Shown one piece after another: positions 60,501 through 64,000 of a stretch of 64,000 nt of DNA. The notes under the pieces are model-generated. The model ran no database searches. It was not told the origin of the DNA and saw only the letters and a list, made by a program, of their open reading frames with translations. A program made the translations under genes and the position numbers. The stretch's first letter is position 1; each line of letters starts with the position of its first letter. The DNA is taken from NCBI GenBank assembly GCA_963822965.1, contig CAWGJT010000010.1, positions 544,001-608,000 of the forward strand. Reading direction: 5' to 3'. The stretch comes from an uncultured delta proteobacterium. GTDB taxonomy: Bacteria > Myxococcota_A > UBA9160 > UBA4427.

Positions 60501-61483
60501 AGCATCGCCGCTCCACCCGGTGCGGCCGGCGCGTCGGGGTACAGCACGCGCGCGATCCAGTCGAGGGCGTCACCCACCGGCCCGGCGTTGCTCTCGATCA
60601 CCCAACGATCCGCGACGACGTGTCGACCGGTCCACACCCGCGCCTGGGCGTCGATCACGGGGCGGTCGACCACGACCTGCACGGGGGCCGTCGTGCCCAC
60701 GACCATGCCGACGTCGCCGGGCGTCACGGCGCCTGCGCCGAGGAGCCCGCACTGGGTGTCGGCCCCGCCGATGAAGACCGGCGTCCCCGGCGCGAGACCG
60801 AAGCGCGCGGCGGCGTCGTGGGTGAGCCCGCCCAGGCGGCTTCCGGACGCGTGGATCGCGGGAAGGAGACGACGCGGAATCTCCAGCCGGTCGATCCATT
60901 GCCACGACCAGGATCCGGCCGTCACGTCGTAGAGCAGCGATTCCGCGGCCTGGGAGGGGTCGCTCGCGGCCTCGCCGCAGAGCAGGAAGGCCATCCAGTC
61001 GCCGAGACTCAGGACGTGGCGGGCCCGCTCGAGGACCGCGGGCTGGCTCTCGCGCATCCATCGCAGCCGAGCGGCGGTGTAGATGGGGCTGGGCCAGTGG
61101 CCCGTCGTTTGCTGCAGCGCCTCGCCGTGCTGCGCGGCCAGCACCAGCCCCGGGCCTGCCGCCCGCGCGTCCCGGTTCGGAACGGCGAGCAGGACCGCGC
61201 CGGTGTCGTCGAGGACGACGGTCCCCAGTCGCATGCTCGCGCAGGCGACGCCGCGCACCTCGTCGGTCCGGGCCCCGCTGCGGGCGAGCGCGCTTCGCGT
61301 GGCCGACGCGAGGGCGTCGGCCACGCCCGCCGGATCGAGGTCGAAGCCGAGGCCGCTCGTGCCGGGCGCCGGCTGCGACGCGATCGGCTCCGCCGCGCAG
61401 GTCGCGACGCCGGTGCCGAGATCGAGCACGAGCGCGCGCACGCTCCCGCCGCCGAGGTCCAGGCCGATCGCGTACTCGCTCAT
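57590..61483 (-). CDS. Four-domain fusion: FGGY carbohydrate kinase + D-isomer 2-hydroxyacid dehydrogenase + SCP2 lipid-binding domain + class II aldolase
   Basis: Kinase GLDLGGGSVRA, GGADTQ, GTT and AGG..S; dehydrogenase TPGRNA.AVA, VGFGAVG, NTAR, EP and TPH; SCP2 G.ANPMEAAMEGRL.FTGD; aldolase GGNVSAR, ITPS, PSSE..MH, HAH and NHG. Confidence 0.9.
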   Translation of the reverse strand: MSEYAIGLDLGGGSVRALVLDLGTGVATCAAEPIASQPAPGTSGLGFDLDPAGVADALASATRSALARSGARTDEVRGVACASMRLGTVVLDDTGAVLLAVPNRDARAAGPGLVLAAQHGEALQQTTGHWPSPIYTAARLRWMRESQPAVLERARHVLSLGDWMAFLLCGEAASDPSQAAESLLYDVTAGSWSWQWIDRLEIPRRLLPAIHASGSRLGGLTHDAAARFGLAPGTPVFIGGADTQCGLLGAGAVTPGDVGMVVGTTAPVQVVVDRPVIDAQARVWTGRHVVADRWVIESNAGPVGDALDWIARVLYPDAPAAPGGAAMLLGEAASSSPGARGLLSSLGVELMNAREPRLPVGNLTLSHMTTPGDPAPRSHVARALVEGVACGLRANLEQARAIAHASPSAAGTDVRLAGGLSRSALFAQVLADVLGEPVSVARPEATALGAALCAAAGAQDRDLSEVALAGSAGARRVEPDRAAVEAGQDLYRRWSELRTERRNADDSAARMATPFALSAWSSGAARDGERFRPRILVTSDCDERSLSALARLGEVEHASYRDARRMLTGPSLVKALQGVNVFVTEIDLVDAAALEQLPELRVIVSCRGDAVNVDADACTAFGIPMLRTPGRNADAVADLTLAFLLMLARKLPEATAFLHEPGIAAGDMGRMGQAFGRFRGRELWHKTVGLVGFGAVGAKVAARLRPFGTRVLVTDPYVSPERAAAAGVGAVPLVTLLRESDFVSLHAAVTPETTGLLGAAELDCMKPGACLVNTARAALLDEDALVEALAAGRIAGAALDTFAVEPPGSDHPLLALPNVIATPHVGGNTADVAAHQGEIVVEELSALVRGEKPRFTVNPETLAGFDWHGPRPTPPPDELARLKQGPAPAVSDLQKKQKQDRKPKPKQSNESNEPKQSASVEPTGTTSVPPDAQAPPSPVLLPAATREAMARIAADFVEGIVADEAMRVFSRGRDVTLHFTLEDADCGFHFRLADGRVTGSLGAPRENADVNLRMRADVLDGMFTGRANPMEAAMEGRLAFTGDAAKAMTLQHLQDDLQRLYQAARAAVGSPGDLGASAVAPGAPAVAAGDLRQDLVAVVRELYEAQVITATGGNVSARIPGEEALWITPSQLFKGDLRPEVLVRIDLDGRALDVGARSPSSEWDMHCAVLKARPEAKAVIHAHAPHATILANSGLPFLPISTEAAFFGDIPRVPFLMPGTPALAEAVATAMGTGWAVLLVNHGIVVAGRSLRRAADMVEIIERSAEVILGCYAVGKPPPTLPEDVVAQLREMGDLVA

Positions 61484-61493
61484 CGGCCCTCCC

Positions 61494-62753
61494 TCAATCG
61501 AAGCGGACCGGCAGCTCGAGGGGCGAGCGGAAGGCCATGCCGGTCACGTGGATGTCCTCGGCGTCCGGGTCGAGGCGCAGCTTCGGGAACCGGTCGAGGA
61601 GCGTCTCCAGCACCACCCGCGTCTCCATGTGGGCCAGGTGGATGCCCAGGCAGCGGTGCGGTCCGAAGGCGAAGGCCACGTGGGCCTTCTGGGGCCGGAA
61701 GATGTCGAAGGACTCGGGCTCGCTCCAGCGACTCTCGTCGTGGTTCGCCGAGCCCAGGTTGACGTGGATCATCTGTCCTTCCGGGATGCGGGCCCCGCCC
61801 ACCTCGGTGTCCTCGGTACAGGTCCGCATGATGCCGGTGAGCGGGCATTCCCAGCGCAGCCCCTCGTCGATGGCCTGGGGGACGAGGCCGCGATCCTGGC
61901 GCACCGCCTCCAGCTGGTCCGGGTGGGAGAGCAGGCCGAAGAGCAGGTTGCTCGACGATCGATAGGTGGTCTCCGCGCCGGCGGGCGCCAGCAGCCGGAG
62001 GAACGCGAAGATGCCGTCGTCGTCGAGCTTGGTGCCGTCGCCGCCCGAGGCCTCGGCGAGCACGCTGATGAGGTCGTTGCCGGGCTGGCTGCGGCGCTCG
62101 GCGAGAGACTCGGCGAACATCTGCTTGAGGCCCTGGGAGGCCCGCAGGCCGAGCTCGGGGTCGAGGTTCACGCTGATGAGCTCGATGGCGAGTCGGTGGA
62201 ACTCCTCGTGCCGGGCCTCGGGCAGCCCCATCATGCCGGCGATCACCGACACCGGGAACACGAACGTGAGCTCGGGGATCAGGTCGGCACGCCCGCGCCC
62301 CGCGAAGCGGTCCACGAGCTCGTTCACCACCGGACGGACGAGCTCGTGCTCCCAGCGGTCGAGCGCCTTGCGGGTGAAGGCCTGGGCGAGCAGCCCGCGG
62401 ACGCGGCCGTGCTCGGGCTCGTCCATCTCGAGGATCGTGTGGCCCATGACCGGGCCCATCATCATCTCGTAGCCGCGCGACGAGAAGCGGCGCCCGTCCC
62501 GCAGCACCTCGGACACGCTGTCGAAGCGGCAGGCGGAGTAGATGTCCGGCAGGGCCGCGCTCACGTGCTCGTCGACCTCGCCGCCCATCATCGCCGCGGG
62601 GCTGACGACCGCCACGCCCCCCTGCTTTCGAAGCTCGGCAAAGATCGGGTAGGGGTTGCGCATGCTGCCGGCCCCCTGGGCCCGGTTGAAGCGCTCGAAC
62701 GGGCTCATCACCTCCACCGTCCGGGGGTCGAAGCTCGACGGGGTCTCGCTCAT
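61494..62753 (-). CDS. Cytochrome P450
   Basis: MDEPEH..R, I-helix AGAETT, ExxR (EGLR), SANHDE and heme motif FAFGPHRCLG; SD CAGGAG before ATG 62753. Confidence 0.96.
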   Translation of the reverse strand: MSETPSSFDPRTVEVMSPFERFNRAQGAGSMRNPYPIFAELRKQGGVAVVSPAAMMGGEVDEHVSAALPDIYSACRFDSVSEVLRDGRRFSSRGYEMMMGPVMGHTILEMDEPEHGRVRGLLAQAFTRKALDRWEHELVRPVVNELVDRFAGRGRADLIPELTFVFPVSVIAGMMGLPEARHEEFHRLAIELISVNLDPELGLRASQGLKQMFAESLAERRSQPGNDLISVLAEASGGDGTKLDDDGIFAFLRLLAPAGAETTYRSSSNLLFGLLSHPDQLEAVRQDRGLVPQAIDEGLRWECPLTGIMRTCTEDTEVGGARIPEGQMIHVNLGSANHDESRWSEPESFDIFRPQKAHVAFAFGPHRCLGIHLAHMETRVVLETLLDRFPKLRLDPDAEDIHVTGMAFRSPLELPVRFD

Positions 62754-62959
62754 GGCATCTCCTGGGAGTCGGGCCCTCGGGTCGAAATTCGAAGTAATTC
62801 CATAGGCTTGCGCCTTCGGGATCGCCGAGGACGAGCCCCCGGGGCTTCGATTTGACAGAGTATCAGAAACCGAACCGTCCGTGGCGGGACCCCTCACGGC
62901 GGACGCTTCCGGCCCCGGGGGCCCCTTCGGAGCCGCGCGGATGAGCTAACCCTCCCGAA

Positions 62960-63895
62960 GTGGACCCGTCCTCCGTACCGCGCCGCATCCTGTGTGGGGT
63001 TTCGAGCCGCCTGGCCGAGGGCGAGGAGCGGGTGTCCCTGTGCCCGGCGGACGAGCACACGGCCCGGCAGGTCCTGCAGCTGGCCGCGAAGGTGGACGCC
63101 GCGGTCCGCTTCGTCCACGTCGTCGACTGGATCGACGAGCGCCTGCGCGACAGCGAAGACGAGCTCGTGCAGATCGTCCACAACGAGCTCGACGACCCGC
63201 TGCTGGCCCTCGACCGCGAAGCGGAGCGCCAGGGCGTCTCGAGCAGCCACGAGCTGCGCGAGGGATCGCCGTGGCGCGAGCTGTTGCGGGCGGCGCGCGA
63301 CTGGTCCGCCGACGTGGTCGCCATCAGCCCGCGGCGGGACGAGACCTCCCTGGTCGATCGCGTCCTGCACGGCAGCACCGCCATTCGCGTCCTGAAGAAG
63401 GCACGCTGCCCGGTCTGGGTCGTCGATCCGTCGCAGCACGCCGTGCGGCGGGTGCTCGCGCTGGTGGACGGCACGCCGGTGAGTGCTCGCGTCGTCGAGA
63501 CCGCGCGGGTTCTGGGGCGCGTCTACCAGGCCGAGCTGGTGGCGCTGCGCTGCCTCGACTATCCGGACGACATCGTCCTGCACCGGCTGCCCCGGGCGCG
63601 CCAGGAGATCGAGCGCTACCACCGCAAGTTGCGCGAGTCGGCCCGGGCCGAGCTGCAACGGCTGACGGCGGGCGAAGAGAAGTGGGACCTGCTGCTGGGC
63701 GAGGACTGGGTGGCGCGACAGGCGCCGCGCGTCGTCCAGGACCGGCAGGTCGATCTCGTGGTGCTGGGCGCCGTCTCCAAGCCGCGGCTGGCGGGGGCGT
63801 TGATCGGAACCACCGCCCAGCGCCTGCTCGAGCACGTGGGCGTCTCGGCGTGGGTCGTGCACCCGGCAGGGGACGACCCGGGCGGGCTCGAATAG
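62960..63895 (+). CDS. Tandem-domain universal stress protein
   Basis: Two UspA domains with HGSTA.RVLK.A.CPVWVV and IGTTAQRLL....SAWVV. Confidence 0.88.
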   Translation: MDPSSVPRRILCGVSSRLAEGEERVSLCPADEHTARQVLQLAAKVDAAVRFVHVVDWIDERLRDSEDELVQIVHNELDDPLLALDREAERQGVSSSHELREGSPWRELLRAARDWSADVVAISPRRDETSLVDRVLHGSTAIRVLKKARCPVWVVDPSQHAVRRVLALVDGTPVSARVVETARVLGRVYQAELVALRCLDYPDDIVLHRLPRARQEIERYHRKLRESARAELQRLTAGEEKWDLLLGEDWVARQAPRVVQDRQVDLVVLGAVSKPRLAGALIGTTAQRLLEHVGVSAWVVHPAGDDPGGLE

Positions 63896-63897
63896 GG

Positions 63898-64000
63898 ATG
63901 CCGGCCGCGGAGCCGGACTGGGGCCACTCGAACCCGCTGCCCGACGTCTCGGGCCGGGTGGCGATCGCCGGGGTCGGCGAGTCGAAGCACACGCCCGCGT
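63898..64000 (+). CDS. 5' end of a thiolase-like (SCP-x/lipid-transfer type) protein, truncated by window edge
   Basis: MPAAEPDWGHSNPLPDVSGRVAIAGVGESKHTP; VAIAGVGES is a typical thiolase-fold N-terminus; only 34 codons visible. Confidence 0.6.
   Translation, partial: MPAAEPDWGHSNPLPDVSGRVAIAGVGESKHTPA

Overview
GC-rich bacterial chromosomal window. Gene content and synteny (mutS-amidase-glnD-xerD, pheA-hisC-tyrA-rpsA-ihfB-lapAB, exosortase) suggest a Myxococcota/deltaproteobacterial-type organism; this is an inference. Most of it is housekeeping: the trpEGDCFBA operon, lptD, queG, dcd, dtd, coaE, scpAB, rluB, prlC and two tRNA nucleotidyltransferases. Genes at about 1-11.1 kb and 19.9-24.9 kb carry many single-base frameshifts that look like read or assembly errors, while the rest reads clean. 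No rRNA, tRNA, CRISPR array or IS element was recognised. The main candidates for a second look are: (1) an intact 1297-aa four-domain fusion (FGGY kinase + D-2-hydroxyacid dehydrogenase + SCP2 lipid-binding domain + class II aldolase), 10 nt downstream of a cytochrome P450 gene and near a thiolase-like gene start; (2) a 49-aa PqqA-like peptide (W-x-x-P...C-E-I-S-S-Y) missed by the ORF track, lying directly behind a sulfotransferase with no pqqBCDE in the window; (3) a probable split A-adding/CC-adding tRNA nucleotidyltransferase pair; (4) an unannotated 28-38 aa single-helix membrane protein preceded by repeat-encoded coupled mini-ORFs. All family calls come from motif recognition by eye; no database searches were run.
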